Part shown: positions 8,772-18,967 of the stretch, piece by piece
Position numbering within the stretch: the stretch's first letter is position 1
Layout: the number at the start of each line of letters is the position of its first letter
From: Patescibacteria group bacterium
Lineage (GTDB): Bacteria > Patescibacteriota > Patescibacteriia > Patescibacteriales > WJLG01
Assembly (NCBI GenBank): GCA_028716485.1
Contig: JAQUPS010000006.1
Coordinates: forward strand, 651 to 64,650
DNA length: 64,000 nucleotides
Reading direction: 5' to 3'
The notes under the pieces: generated by a model
The model's database searches: none
The model's input: only the letters and a program-made list of their open reading frames with translations
What the model was told of the DNA's origin: nothing
Translations under genes and position numbers: made by a program

Positions 8772-9731
8772 ATGGAAAATAAACCTATAATAAAATATCT
8801 CACTGATTTTTTGGATTACTTGGAAATCGAAAAAGGCCTGTCGGCCAAGACGCAGGAGAATTATACCAGATTCTTGCAGAAATTTTTTAAATGGCTGGAA
8901 GGGAATAATCTGGCTTCCCTATCCCCTGTCAAGCTGACAGCCGACCATATCTGGAAGTACCGGATTTTTTTGTCGCGCCACATTGATCCGCATAAAAAAA
9001 CCGGCTTGAAGAAATCCACCCAGAATTATTACCTGATTGCTTTAAGAAGTTTGCTGGAATTTTTCGTGGAAAAGAATATTGCCAGCCTGCCTCCGTCAAA
9101 AATAAAATTAGCCAGGGATAAATCCGATCACGCGGTTAAATTTCTTAATTTGGGGCAAATTGAGCAGCTTTTAAGCGCTCCTGACACCGGAAACATCATC
9201 GGTTTAAGAGACCGGGCGATTCTGGAATCTTTTTTTTCCACTGGCTTGCGCATCTCCGAACTTTCCGGACTTAATCGCGAACAGCTGAAAATAAAAAAAG
9301 ATACCCGCGAATTGGAAATCGCCGTGGTGGGCAAGGGCTCGAAAGTCCGGACGGTTTATTTTTCCGCGCGCGCTGTCGACGCTTTGCGAAACTATCTTGG
9401 TAAGCGCACGGATATGGATGAAGCTTTGTTCGTTAATTTCGGAGCCGGCAAGAAGCGCGAAGATGGCTCGTGGCGGCTTTCTAATCGCGCCATCGAAGAT
9501 ATTGTCAAAAAATATGTCCTCATTGCCGGCCTGCCGGTGATGGCCACGCCGCATACTTTGCGCCATTCTTTTGCCACGGACTTGCTTTCCCATGGCGTTG
9601 ATTTGAGGCTGGTACAGGAATTTCTCGGCCACCGCAATATCGCCACCACGCAAATCTATACTCATGTCACCAATAAGCAGTTGCGCGATGTCCATCGCCA
9701 GTCGCATGGCGGCAAAGACATTAAATCATGA
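8772..9731 (+). CDS. xerC: tyrosine recombinase, XerC/XerD family
   Basis: N-terminal SAM-like core-binding domain (FLDYLEIEKGLSAKTQENY). C-terminal HTLRHSFATDLL...LGHRNIATTQIYTHV carries the R-H-R-Y catalytic signature. Confidence 0.9.
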   Translation: MENKPIIKYLTDFLDYLEIEKGLSAKTQENYTRFLQKFFKWLEGNNLASLSPVKLTADHIWKYRIFLSRHIDPHKKTGLKKSTQNYYLIALRSLLEFFVEKNIASLPPSKIKLARDKSDHAVKFLNLGQIEQLLSAPDTGNIIGLRDRAILESFFSTGLRISELSGLNREQLKIKKDTRELEIAVVGKGSKVRTVYFSARAVDALRNYLGKRTDMDEALFVNFGAGKKREDGSWRLSNRAIEDIVKKYVLIAGLPVMATPHTLRHSFATDLLSHGVDLRLVQEFLGHRNIATTQIYTHVTNKQLRDVHRQSHGGKDIKS

Positions 9732-9760
9732 AAATATTAGAGTATTAGAACGTTTGCATA

Positions 9761-9789
9761 AAAAATGCGGAATTATCCGCATTTTTTTA
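9761..9789. terminator. intrinsic terminator (aatgcgga / tccgcatt + T7)
   Basis: Stem 9764-9771 / 9776-9783 followed by a T-run. Between convergent xer and M23 genes. Confidence 0.65.
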
Positions 9790-9820
9790 AATACGTTTTT
9801 ATGTTCTCATGTTTCAATGC

Positions 9821-11053
9821 TTATTGCGGCAGATATTCCAGCGGGTTTACCGGCACGCCGTCCTGGCGGACTTCAAAGTGCAGATGCGGACCGGTGGTGA
9901 AAGGGCCGGAACCCAATGTGCCGGGCGTTCCTCCGCTCAAGCCGATAGTATCGCCCTGCGCCACGTAATCATCTTCTTTGACGAATATTTTACTGACATG
10001 GCCATAGACGGTGGAAAGCCCGTTGCCGTGGATAATCATTATATAAGCATACTTCGTTCCATTCATCTGGGCATGAGCCACATAACCCGAATCGGCCGCT
10101 ACGATCGTTGTCCCCTGCCCGGCGCGGATATCCACGCCGGGATGCTCGAACAAGTAGCGGAAAGGATAATCAGGATCATGGAAATAGGTGGTGATGTAAT
10201 TTTGCGGCACCGGCCAAACCAGGCCGTTGGGATTGAGCGCCAATTTATTTTTATCCGAACTGGCCAATTTATCCCGCAAGGTTTTTTCCAGATTGGTTAT
10301 TTCCGTATTCGCCTGGTCTTGCTGCTCTTTTAATTGCGCGATTAGGCCCCGGTATTTGGCCTGCGAATTTTGCGTTTCCGCCAGAACATCGGCCTTATCA
10401 AGCTTGTCGCTTTCCAAGGCGTCTTTATTTTGCGCCAGGGTAACCGCCAAGGCTTGCAAATCTTTATTTTTTTGCGCTAAATCAGCCTTCCCCTTCTCCA
10501 AATTCGCCTCATCATTTTTTAAATTATCCAGGCTGTCTTCAATTCCCTTATTTACATCTTCTAAATATTTTATCCGGTCAAGAAAATCAGTCAGCGAATT
10601 ATTCATCAATAAAACTTCCAAAACGCTCACATCTTTTTCTTTGTAAATCAATTTAATCGTGATGGCAATATCATTTTTATCCTTTTCAATCGCCGCTTGC
10701 TTGTTGCCGATGTCGATGTTGATCTGCTTTATCTGCAAATTAGTCTGATCGATCTGGTTTTGGGTGCTATCAATATCCAGTTGCGCGGCCGCGATGCGAT
10801 TATCCAAAATCGCCATCTGCCCCTGCAAAGTATCGGCTTGCGCCTGCGCTGCCGCGATATTTTTGGCATATTGCGCTTTCTGGCTCTCAATATCCTGCAT
10901 TTTATTCTTATTGCTCCTGATTTGTTCGTTCAGCTGATTGATTTCCGCGGTTGTCTGGTCATCGGTCATCGACCTGGCCACGGCCGAAGTATTAAGCGAA
11001 ACGCCCAAAATGCACAATATTACAAAAAATATTTTGATTTTTTTGTTAGTCAT
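9821..11053 (-). CDS. M23 family metallopeptidase with long coiled-coil (EnvC-like)
   Basis: Signal/TM, ~250 aa of coiled coil, then HPGVDIRAG...HGNGLSTVYGH...GPHLHFEV. Confidence 0.85.
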   Translation of the reverse strand: MTNKKIKIFFVILCILGVSLNTSAVARSMTDDQTTAEINQLNEQIRSNKNKMQDIESQKAQYAKNIAAAQAQADTLQGQMAILDNRIAAAQLDIDSTQNQIDQTNLQIKQINIDIGNKQAAIEKDKNDIAITIKLIYKEKDVSVLEVLLMNNSLTDFLDRIKYLEDVNKGIEDSLDNLKNDEANLEKGKADLAQKNKDLQALAVTLAQNKDALESDKLDKADVLAETQNSQAKYRGLIAQLKEQQDQANTEITNLEKTLRDKLASSDKNKLALNPNGLVWPVPQNYITTYFHDPDYPFRYLFEHPGVDIRAGQGTTIVAADSGYVAHAQMNGTKYAYIMIIHGNGLSTVYGHVSKIFVKEDDYVAQGDTIGLSGGTPGTLGSGPFTTGPHLHFEVRQDGVPVNPLEYLPQ

Positions 11054-11129
11054 ATTTCAAGTATAGCATAGATCATTCTTATGCTCAATACATTATTACA
11101 ATATAATTAACTAATTAAGTCAAATTGTC

Positions 11130-11158
11130 TTGACATTGTTCTCCTCTCTTGTTATACT
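11130..11158 (+). promoter_or_regulatory. sigma70-like promoter TTGACA-17-TATACT upstream of rpmA
   Basis: ttgaca at 11130-11135 and tatact at 11153-11158. A ~100-nt leader carries catgttt-type 8-nt periodic repeats. Confidence 0.5.
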
Positions 11159-11257
11159 GCTTAATAATGAACCGCCAAATTCGATTCATTTTATTTTTTT
11201 AAATTAATATGCTACATGTTTCCATGATCTCATGTTTTCATGTTTCAATGATTGAAT

Positions 11258-11545
11258 ATGTCTCATAAGAAAGCAGCGGGCGTAACCAGATTGGGCCGCG
11301 ATTCCGCTTCCCAGCGCTTAGGAGTTAAAAAGGGCGACGGCCAGTTCGCCAAGTCCGGCAATATCATCATCCGCCAGCGCGGCACGCAATATTTCGCCGG
11401 CAAAAATGTGAAGATGGGCGTTGACCATACTTTGTTCGCCACCGCCGCCGGTTTGGTCAAATTCACCGAAAAGACGATGAAGAAATTTGATAATCGCTCC
11501 GCGCGCGTCAAAGTCGTCAATGTAATTCCGGCCAAGAAAAAATAA
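11258..11545 (+). CDS. rpmA: 50S ribosomal protein L27
   Basis: [29 protein letters not shown]...IIIRQRGT is a canonical L27. ATG at 11258; the track ORF begins at a TTG at 11252. Confidence 0.95.
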   Translation: MSHKKAAGVTRLGRDSASQRLGVKKGDGQFAKSGNIIIRQRGTQYFAGKNVKMGVDHTLFATAAGLVKFTEKTMKKFDNRSARVKVVNVIPAKKK

Positions 11546-11557
11546 TTTCCGCCAATA

Positions 11558-11588
11558 AAAAACTGCTCCGGATAATGGGGCAGTTTTT
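11558..11588. terminator. hairpin terminator between convergent genes
   Basis: aaaaactgctcc ggataat ggggcagttttt: stem with one G-U pair, A-run and T-run on either side. Confidence 0.5.
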
Positions 11589-11592
11589 GCTT

Positions 11593-11829
11593 TTAAAAAT
11601 TCAGTTCCTTTACTCCCAAGTCATCATTATGCATTTCCACCAAGAGCTTTAGATCATCTTCTTCTTCAATGATTGGCGGACCAGACGGTTTTCCCGGAAG
11701 TTCTTCGACCGCTTCTCCGATTGGGTCATTATCCGGATCTTCTTCCCTGACTTTAACGACTTTTTCCAATTCCTCCACGCTAAGAGGCTGGAAATGTCTT
11801 GCCGGTTTGAAGGATTTTTTTTGTTTCAA
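11593..11829 (-). CDS. acidic hypothetical protein
   Basis: 78-aa ORF with a TTG start preceded by a strong SD (agggaggcacc). Lies immediately downstream of pyrG. Confidence 0.55.
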   Translation of the reverse strand: MKQKKSFKPARHFQPLSVEELEKVVKVREEDPDNDPIGEAVEELPGKPSGPPIIEEEDDLKLLVEMHNDDLGVKELNF

Positions 11830-11869
11830 GGTGCCTCCCTTGTCGTAATTTGTTGATGAAAAAAGAACC

Positions 11870-13552
11870 TTATTTTTTGGATAATTTACCTTTTTTATTT
11901 TTGAGCGTCAAGCAGACTTTGACGAACTCCACGAACAGCGGATGCGGAGCGAGCGGACGGGAAATGTATTCGGGATGGAATTGCGTGCCGATGAAGAAAG
12001 GATGATCAGCGATTTCCACCGCTTCAACGATCATATTGTCGGGCGAAGTGCCGGAAACGGTCAAGCCCTTTTTTTCCATCAGTTCGCGATAATCGTTGTT
12101 GTATTCAAAGCGATGGCGATGGCGCTCCATCACGATATCTTCGCAATTTTTTTTCACTTGATATGCTTTATACAGATGCGTTTCCGGTTTAATCTTGCAC
12201 GGCCAGCCGCCCAGGCGGATTGTTCCGCCAAATTGCTTTTTAGCGATTAGCTCCGCCTGTCCGGGCATAACATGGATTACCGGATGTTTGGTTTCCGGAT
12301 TGACTTCAGCCGAATTGGCATCTTTATAACCCAGAACATTGCGCGCGAATTCAATCACCGCCATCTGCATGCCGTAGCATAAGCCGAAATACGGTTTTTT
12401 ATTTTCCCGGCAATATTTAATCGTGGCGATTTTCCCTTCGGCGCCGCGGGAGCCCCAGCCTTGCGGAACGATAATGCCGTCGAATTTTTTAAGGGACGCT
12501 GTTCCGGCTTTTTCAATATCGTCAGTGTTGATCCAAGTCAGACATGCCCGGCAATTATTGAAAGTGGCGGCGTGCTTCAAGGCTTCGATCACGGAAAGAT
12601 AAGAATCGGAAAGGCAGAAATGGCCAGAAGTGAAATATTTTCCCACGATGCCGATTTTTACTTCTTGCCGGGCGTTTCGTCTTCTGGCTACCATATCGCG
12701 CCAGGCTTTTAAATCTTCATGGCGCTTGGCGAGCTTTAATTTTTCCAAGATGCGGTCGCCTAAATTATCTTTTTCAAAATTCAAGGGCACGTCGTAAATC
12801 GAGTCGATGTCCGGGGCGGAAATGACATCTTCCGGCGCGATGCCGCAATTGATGGCGATTTTGGCGCGGCGCGGCTCATCAACCGGCACTTCGGCGCGGG
12901 CGACGATGAAATTCGGCTGGATACCGGCGGCGTTGAGCGAATGGATCGCGTATTGCGTCGGCTTGGTTTTCATCTCGCCCAATTTGCTCGGTATTGGCAG
13001 GAAAGAAACCATCACAAAAAGGACATTTTCCGGATTATAAAGTTTCATCATTCTGCCCGCTTCCAAAAACAGCAGGTTCTGGTATTCGCCGACCGTGCCG
13101 CCGATTTCGATTACCATAATTTCCGCATTGGTTTTTTCCACGGCTTTATGGATGCGATCGATGACTTCCATGGGGATGTGCGGCACGACCTCCACGCATT
13201 TTCCGCCGTATTCCAGGTTGCGCTCTTTTTGGATGACCGACAAATAAACCCGGCCAGTCGTCATATAATTCTCGCGGTAGATATTTTTGTTCAAGAATCT
13301 TTCATAATTTCCGACATCCTGATCGGTTTCGTCGCCGTCGTCGGTGACGAAAACTTCGCCATGTTCGACCGGGTTCATCGTTCCCGCGTCCACGTTGATA
13401 TAAGGATCGATTTTAATGGCGCTGACATTATAGCCCTTGCTTTGCAAAATCATGGCGATGGAAGCGGTAGTAACGCCTTTCCCTACGCCGGACATCACGC
13501 CGCCGACTACGAAAATATATTTGGTTTTATCTTGCTTGATTTTTTCTACCAT
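11870..13552 (-). CDS. pyrG: CTP synthase
   Basis: TKYIFVVGGVMSGVGKG synthase N-terminus and a GATase domain with GLCYGMQ and HRHRFE. Start moved to MVEKIK. Confidence 0.95.
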   Translation of the reverse strand: MVEKIKQDKTKYIFVVGGVMSGVGKGVTTASIAMILQSKGYNVSAIKIDPYINVDAGTMNPVEHGEVFVTDDGDETDQDVGNYERFLNKNIYRENYMTTGRVYLSVIQKERNLEYGGKCVEVVPHIPMEVIDRIHKAVEKTNAEIMVIEIGGTVGEYQNLLFLEAGRMMKLYNPENVLFVMVSFLPIPSKLGEMKTKPTQYAIHSLNAAGIQPNFIVARAEVPVDEPRRAKIAINCGIAPEDVISAPDIDSIYDVPLNFEKDNLGDRILEKLKLAKRHEDLKAWRDMVARRRNARQEVKIGIVGKYFTSGHFCLSDSYLSVIEALKHAATFNNCRACLTWINTDDIEKAGTASLKKFDGIIVPQGWGSRGAEGKIATIKYCRENKKPYFGLCYGMQMAVIEFARNVLGYKDANSAEVNPETKHPVIHVMPGQAELIAKKQFGGTIRLGGWPCKIKPETHLYKAYQVKKNCEDIVMERHRHRFEYNNDYRELMEKKGLTVSGTSPDNMIVEAVEIADHPFFIGTQFHPEYISRPLAPHPLFVEFVKVCLTLKNKKGKLSKK

Positions 13553-13583
13553 AGATAAAAATATAAAATTCAAATTTTAAAAT

Positions 13584-14885
13584 TTAAAATTTTGATTTTA
13601 AAATTTCGACCGCCTTGTCCATTTGCGGGTCCGCTCCGGCATTGATAGCCGCTTCGGTGGTAGTCGCGATAACATCAGGCACTATCCCCTGCTCATTTAT
13701 CGAGTAGCCGTTGGGAGTGAACCACTTGGCTACGGTAACTTTAAGCATTGAGCCGTCGCTTAAAGTCTGCAAGACCTGCACCGAACCTTTGCCGTAAGTT
13801 TTTTCGCCGACGATTTTGGCCAGATTGTAATCCTTGAGCGCCCCGGCCAAAATTTCCGAAGCCGAAGCCGATCCGCCGTTGACCAAGACAACCGTGGGAA
13901 AATTATTCAAATGCTGGATGCCCGAGGAATCATATTCGTTATTTTCGGACGGATCGGTTGATTTTTCGCTAACCACCGGCTTGCCGCTCTTAACCCATTC
14001 CGAGGCCAAACTTACCGCCGAATCCAAAAAGCCGCCGGGATTATTGCGCAAATCGATGATCAAGCCCTTGGGATTATCCTTGACCGCTTGTTGCGCCGCG
14101 CTCTTGAATAGGTCGGCGGTATCTTCATTAAAATTGGAAATGGTGATGACGAAAATTTTATCCGGCCGCAAGACGGTTTGTACGCTCTTGACATAAATCA
14201 CATCACGGATGATAGAGATGTCTTTTGTTTCCTTGAAGCCTTGGCGGAAAATCGTCAAAACAACTTTTGTTCCTTTGGGGCCGCGGATTTTTTCCACCGC
14301 GGCATCGATGGTCATGTTTACCGTCGAAGAACCGTTAATGGCGAGAACTTTGTCGCCAGCCTTGATACCGGCTTTTTCGGCCGGCATTCCGGCCAGCGGC
14401 GCGATAATAGTGATCACATCGTCGCGCAAGCCGACTTCGGCGCCAATGCCCTCGAAAGTTCCGGACAAATCATTGCTGAAAGTCTGCGAATCTTTAGGGT
14501 CGAAAAATACCGTATAGGGGTCGCCCAATGATGCCGCCAAACCGGAAAGGGAACCGTAAAACATTTTCTTTTCATTGATTTTATCTTTGTCCACGTATTT
14601 CGCTTTCAAAGCGTCCCAAACTTCCCAATACAAATTAAAGTCAATATCCTGTGACAAGCGGCCGCCGGTGTCTTGAGTGTACTTGCCCGTGACTTTACCC
14701 AGATAAACCGATTCTTTATTGGCAAGCGCGGCGACTAATTTATTCTTGCCGGTGATATACATTCCCGCGCCGAATGAAACGAGCATTAAAACCAAAACTA
14801 AAAATAACAGGATCGCTTTGCGCACCAAATGATGTTTTTTTGACAACTCCCCTTCCCCGGGTTTTTTAAAAATGAAATTAAACAT
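13584..14885 (-). CDS. ctpA: S41 family C-terminal processing peptidase
   Basis: N-terminal TM, a PDZ segment (GMPAEKAGIKAGDKVLAING), GGSASASEILAGAL and TYGKGSVQ motifs. Confidence 0.9.
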   Translation of the reverse strand: MFNFIFKKPGEGELSKKHHLVRKAILLFLVLVLMLVSFGAGMYITGKNKLVAALANKESVYLGKVTGKYTQDTGGRLSQDIDFNLYWEVWDALKAKYVDKDKINEKKMFYGSLSGLAASLGDPYTVFFDPKDSQTFSNDLSGTFEGIGAEVGLRDDVITIIAPLAGMPAEKAGIKAGDKVLAINGSSTVNMTIDAAVEKIRGPKGTKVVLTIFRQGFKETKDISIIRDVIYVKSVQTVLRPDKIFVITISNFNEDTADLFKSAAQQAVKDNPKGLIIDLRNNPGGFLDSAVSLASEWVKSGKPVVSEKSTDPSENNEYDSSGIQHLNNFPTVVLVNGGSASASEILAGALKDYNLAKIVGEKTYGKGSVQVLQTLSDGSMLKVTVAKWFTPNGYSINEQGIVPDVIATTTEAAINAGADPQMDKAVEILKSKF

Positions 14886-14904
14886 TTAAAATTATAATTA
14901 GTTA

Positions 14905-15495
14905 TTATTTTCTTAAAATTTTTATCCGTGAAATGTTTCTTAAATCAATCAGCCGGGAGGGCTTTCCTTTGATTGTTCCGGTGTCAATAATCAAATCGGG
15001 CTTGGTTGTTTTGAAATAGTGGCCGAGATTGCCGACTCGGTCAAGCTGTTTCTCGCCGCTGATATTCAAGCTGGTGGAAACGAGCGGCGCCCCCAGTTCT
15101 TTAATCATTTTAGTAAGAAATCCGCTCTTTGGCAAACGCGCCGCCACGCTGGACATTTGAGCTGAAACGTAGTTTGGCAGTACGGGTTTTTTGTTTAAAA
15201 TTACCGACACTTTCCCTGGCCAGATTTTCCGCAAATAGGCGGCCTGATTTTTGTCCACCTGAAAATATTTCCGTAGCATTTTAAAATCGGCAATCAAAAC
15301 CAGAAGCGGTTTTTTCTTTTTCCTTTTTTTTATCCGATAAATCTTATCGATCGCCTTTTTATCAAGAGCTAAACAGCCCAAACCATAGATCGTGTCGGTC
15401 GGATAAACGATAACTTTCCCCCTTTTCAAAAAATCGACGATCAAGCCGATTTCTTGCTTAGTTATTTTTTTTAAATTGGTTTTAATTGACTGCAC
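14905..15495 (-). CDS. tsaC: L-threonylcarbamoyladenylate synthase (TsaC/YrdC/Sua5 family)
   Basis: VIVYPTDTIYGLGCLA and STSLNISGEK motifs. Confidence 0.85.
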   Translation of the reverse strand: MQSIKTNLKKITKQEIGLIVDFLKRGKVIVYPTDTIYGLGCLALDKKAIDKIYRIKKRKKKKPLLVLIADFKMLRKYFQVDKNQAAYLRKIWPGKVSVILNKKPVLPNYVSAQMSSVAARLPKSGFLTKMIKELGAPLVSTSLNISGEKQLDRVGNLGHYFKTTKPDLIIDTGTIKGKPSRLIDLRNISRIKILRK

Positions 15496-15500
15496 AGTTT

Positions 15501-15547
15501 AATTCCCCTCCCCGGGAGGGGTGGCCGAAGGCCGGGGTGGGTTTCCC
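15501..15547. repeat. GC-rich double-hairpin element (family 2, intergenic copy)
   Basis: aattcccctccccgggaggggtggccgaaggccggggtgggttt shares aattcccctc / aggggtggcc / ggggtg.gtt blocks with 27681-27736. Confidence 0.6.
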
Positions 15548-16063
15548 TTAAATTAATGATTTAATATCTTTTAAGCTTCCAGATAAGAACGGCATCAAAA
15601 TTTTAGCGACTAATAATAAGGTTGGCGCGATTTTGGAATTTGTCAGCCAATTGCCGACCAAAGTTCCGGCTGGCGCATATTTGGCAACTACATACAAAAT
15701 CAAACCCATAACCAAAGCGCCGACGAATAATGTTAAGGCCGCTCCGGCCAGACGGTTGATTGATTTCAAAAATGGAATAATTGAAAGCAGGTTGTAAGTT
15801 TTGTCCAAGATTATAAAGATAAATTTAATCACCCAAGTGGCAACGACAAAAATTATGATAAAACTGACAACCTTGCCGATATTTTCATAACCGCCATACC
15901 AGTTTTGCGTAGCCGCGAACAGATTTAGATAAAAATGGCTGGCCAGCCAAGCGCCGGCAATCAAACCGACAAACGAACCAACCGCTTTTATTAAACCAGA
16001 AGTAAAACCGCGCAAAGCGCAACCGGCTAAGATGACGATTAAAATAATATCAAATCCTGACAT
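15548..16063 (-). CDS. cvpA: CvpA family membrane protein
   Basis: 171 aa with four TM helices. The N-terminus FDIILIVILAGCALRGFTSGLIK is typical of CvpA. Confidence 0.7.
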   Translation of the reverse strand: MSGFDIILIVILAGCALRGFTSGLIKAVGSFVGLIAGAWLASHFYLNLFAATQNWYGGYENIGKVVSFIIIFVVATWVIKFIFIILDKTYNLLSIIPFLKSINRLAGAALTLFVGALVMGLILYVVAKYAPAGTLVGNWLTNSKIAPTLLLVAKILMPFLSGSLKDIKSLI

Positions 16064-16088
16064 AATTTATTTATTATTAATTTATAAA

Positions 16089-17561
16089 TTATTTTGCGGC
16101 CTCCAAGGCGACAAGCCGGGGAAAAAGAGATTTGCCTTTTTTGATTTGCGGTTCAGAAAATTGCTTTTGCAATTTCTGCGCGGTGGTTGGCATGAACGGT
16201 TCAAGCAAGAATGCGATATTTAGAATATTCTGGGCAATCGGTTCTAAAACTTTCTTGATTTCCGCTTTGTCTTCCATCTTCCAAGGCTTTTTCTCGGTCA
16301 GCATCACATCGCTGGCGGTAACTTTTGCCCAAAGCACGGCCAAAGCTTCGTCAAAAGCATATTGATTCATCTTCTCGGCAAATCCTGAAATAGAATTTAT
16401 GGTCGGTTTGTCCAGCTTAGTTTCAAGCGAATTCTTTTCCAGAAGAGTTGAAACGCGCGCGGCCAAATTTCCCAAGCCATTGGCCAAATCGGCCGTATAA
16501 AGTGTTTCCATCTTTTCAAAAGAAAAATCACTATCAGCGAATGGTTTGATTTCTTTCAATAGGAAATAACGTGTTGCGTCAACGCCGTATTTATTAATCA
16601 GTTCGGTCGGATTGATTACATTGCCGGTAGATTTTGACATTTTTTGCCCATTGATGCTGATGAAGCCGAAAACCAAGACCTGCTTGGAATTAGGCAATCC
16701 CGCCGACATCAGCATTGCCTGCCACATCGCTGTCTGCTGGCGCAGATTATCTTTTCCGCAAACCTGCAAACCCGGCCAGAATTCTTTGAACAAATCCCGT
16801 CGGGCTTCGCCCGCCGTAGCTTTGCCCTGCAAAGCGAAGGCCGGCCATCCTAAACACGAAATATAATTAACAAGTGCATCGAACCATACGTACATAACTT
16901 GTTGATTGTCTTGGGGCACCGGAATTCCCCAGGGCATTTTGGAAGCTAAGCGGGAGATGGAAAAATCTTCTAATCCCCTTTCCACAAAAGATTTGATTTC
17001 ATTCATCCGCCAGTCCGGCTTCACGAATTCCCGATTACTTTTATACAATTCCAATAAAGGTTTTTGATATTTGGAAAATTTGAAAAAATAATTTTCTTCG
17101 TCAATAATTTCCAGCGGCTTATTCGGATGCAGCGGGCAGCAGCCATTCACCAATTCCGAATCGGTTTTTTCCAGCTCGCAGCCCACGCAATATTTCACCT
17201 TATAGTTTTTTTTGTAAATATCACCGTTGGTTTCGCATAATTTCCAAAAAGCCTGCGCCGCCTGGATATGCTTTTCGTCCGTGGTGCGGATAAAATTGGT
17301 CACGCTCAAATTCAACAGCTCTTTCAAGCCGTGGAATTTGGCCGCGTATTCATCGCAATAAGTCTGCGGATCGATACCCGCCTCTATAGCCTTCTCGTAA
17401 ATTTTCTGGCCATGCTCGTCAGTCCCAGTATTAAAAAATACCTCGTCGCCTAAAAGCGCGTGCCATCTGGCAATGACGTCCGCCTTAATAATCTCCGCCG
17501 CAAACCCGATATGCGGATCAGCGTTGACGTATGGAAGGGTGGTGGTTATATAGAATTTCAT
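16089..17561 (-). CDS. metG: methionine--tRNA ligase
   Basis: PYVNADPHIGF (HIGH-type), zinc knuckle CVGCE...CCPLH, KMSKSTGN. Confidence 0.95.
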   Translation of the reverse strand: MKFYITTTLPYVNADPHIGFAAEIIKADVIARWHALLGDEVFFNTGTDEHGQKIYEKAIEAGIDPQTYCDEYAAKFHGLKELLNLSVTNFIRTTDEKHIQAAQAFWKLCETNGDIYKKNYKVKYCVGCELEKTDSELVNGCCPLHPNKPLEIIDEENYFFKFSKYQKPLLELYKSNREFVKPDWRMNEIKSFVERGLEDFSISRLASKMPWGIPVPQDNQQVMYVWFDALVNYISCLGWPAFALQGKATAGEARRDLFKEFWPGLQVCGKDNLRQQTAMWQAMLMSAGLPNSKQVLVFGFISINGQKMSKSTGNVINPTELINKYGVDATRYFLLKEIKPFADSDFSFEKMETLYTADLANGLGNLAARVSTLLEKNSLETKLDKPTINSISGFAEKMNQYAFDEALAVLWAKVTASDVMLTEKKPWKMEDKAEIKKVLEPIAQNILNIAFLLEPFMPTTAQKLQKQFSEPQIKKGKSLFPRLVALEAAK

Positions 17562-17592
17562 GACAATTAAAAGTGAAAAATTATAAATTAAT

Positions 17593-18045
17593 TTAGGCGA
17601 TTTTTAATCTTTCCGCGAAAGCGGCGGCGCGGGATAGGTCTTTTTCATTCGGGCGGCCTTTGCCGGTTCCGCCGATTAGTTTGAATGGCCCGACAGTGTC
17701 GAACCCAATGCAATCGAATTTTCCAGTAATCACGAAATTTTTAGACTTTAATTTTTTAATGGTTTTTTGGGCGTATAGAAGCGGAATCGGCGAGCCGTGA
17801 GTAAAAAATATAAAAGCTTTTTTACCTGACATATCCGACAGGCTATCGATAAATTTATTTATTGACGCGTGGAATTTCCAGAAATAGATTCCCGAACCAA
17901 AACCGATCAAATCATAATCTTTTAAATTTGCCAAAACAACTTCGTGCGGCCTTTTTAAATCTGCTTCCAAAATTTCGGCGATTTTTTTGGCGACTTTTTC
18001 CGTATTGCCGTGATGGATTGATTCATAGATTATTAATGTTTTCAT
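17593..18045 (-). CDS. flavodoxin-like protein
   Basis: MKTLIIYESIHHGNTEKVAKKIAEIL. The track ORF is extended upstream (to 18087) by read-through into a palindromic repeat. Confidence 0.7.
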   Translation of the reverse strand: MKTLIIYESIHHGNTEKVAKKIAEILEADLKRPHEVVLANLKDYDLIGFGSGIYFWKFHASINKFIDSLSDMSGKKAFIFFTHGSPIPLLYAQKTIKKLKSKNFVITGKFDCIGFDTVGPFKLIGGTGKGRPNEKDLSRAAAFAERLKIA

Positions 18046-18055
18046 ACTGCATTTT

Positions 18056-18088
18056 ATAGATCCCTCGCCCGGGGCTCGGGATGACAAA
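18056..18088. repeat. family-1 palindromic element, solo half copy
   Basis: atagatccctcgcccggggctcgggatgacaaa is the reverse complement of the tttgtcatcc...ggatctat unit seen at 27339 and 37409. Confidence 0.65.
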
Positions 18089-18147
18089 ATAATAAAAATT
18101 TTTAATTCTTCTTTCCCTGCCGGCAGGCAGGTTAATTCTTAATTGGT

Positions 18148-18864
18148 TTACCCGACAATCACTACAAACTCCCCTCTTTGATCGTCGGGCGTAGCGGTGA
18201 TTTGGGAAATTATGTTATCAATGTCGCCGCGATAGACGGTTTCGTGCATTTTGGAAATCTCGCGGGCGACAACCACGCTTTCCAAATTTTTACGCTTTTT
18301 CGCGACTTCTTCCTCGTCGGATAAGCTTGTGCTTTCTTTCATCGTTTTTAATTCATTTAAGAATTTGACGATACGATGCTTGGATTCATAAATCACGACA
18401 GGGTATTCGCTGTCTAAAATTCTTCTGATAAAAGTTTGCCGGCCTTTTTTATGAGGCGGAAAACCCATGAAGATGAATTTGTCGGTCGGAATGCCGGAAA
18501 TCGACAGTGCCGCGGTGACGGCTGACGGGCCGGGCACGGATTCGATTTTCATATCCTCGCCAAAATGTTCCAAAACTTTTGAAACCAAAACTCCGCCCGG
18601 GTCGGAAATGCCCGGTGTGCCGGCGTCGGTGACTAGCGCCAGATTCTTCCCCTGCTCCAATAATTTAATGATCTGGTCGACTTTGATATCGTCCGAATGC
18701 TGATGATAGGAAATCCGCGGCGTTTTGATATTATAATGATCCAGCAGAACGCCGGTCGTGCGCGTGTCTTCGCACAAAATAAAATCAACCTCACCGAGGA
18801 TGCGAAGCGCGCGCATGCTGATATCTTCCAGGTTGCCGATGGGAGTGCCGACTATGTACAACAT
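18148..18864 (-). CDS. rsmI: 16S rRNA (cytidine1402-2'-O)-methyltransferase
   Basis: MLYIVGTPIGNLEDISMRALRILGEVDFILCEDTR, with a tetrapyrrole-methylase fold signature. Confidence 0.9.
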   Translation of the reverse strand: MLYIVGTPIGNLEDISMRALRILGEVDFILCEDTRTTGVLLDHYNIKTPRISYHQHSDDIKVDQIIKLLEQGKNLALVTDAGTPGISDPGGVLVSKVLEHFGEDMKIESVPGPSAVTAALSISGIPTDKFIFMGFPPHKKGRQTFIRRILDSEYPVVIYESKHRIVKFLNELKTMKESTSLSDEEEVAKKRKNLESVVVAREISKMHETVYRGDIDNIISQITATPDDQRGEFVVIVG

Positions 18865-18967
18865 GAATTTTTAATTTTTGAATTTTTAAATAAATCCTAA
18901 TTTTTAATTTTTAAAAATAAGTATTAAAAATTTTTTAAAAAATTAAAAATTATAAAATTTAAAAATT
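18865..18967. repeat. AT-only periodic inverted repeat (aattttt / aaaaatt units)
   Basis: Left arm aatttttaatttttgaattttt faces right arm aaaaattaaaaattataaaatttaaaaatt. Confidence 0.5.

Noticed and set aside
17593-18087. N-terminal extensions MSSRAPGEGSIKCS... (flavodoxin), MNSGLPKQKF... (miaA, to 37530) and MTKKF... (dcd, from 27467)
   Set aside because: The extra codons are read-through of the family-1 palindromic elements. Conserved protein N-termini begin at downstream Met codons.
18865-18967. Possible CRISPR array among the periodic intergenic repeats
   Set aside because: The units are only ~7 nt with no unique spacers, and the arms are mutually complementary. This is not the repeat-spacer organisation of CRISPR, and no cas genes are in the window.
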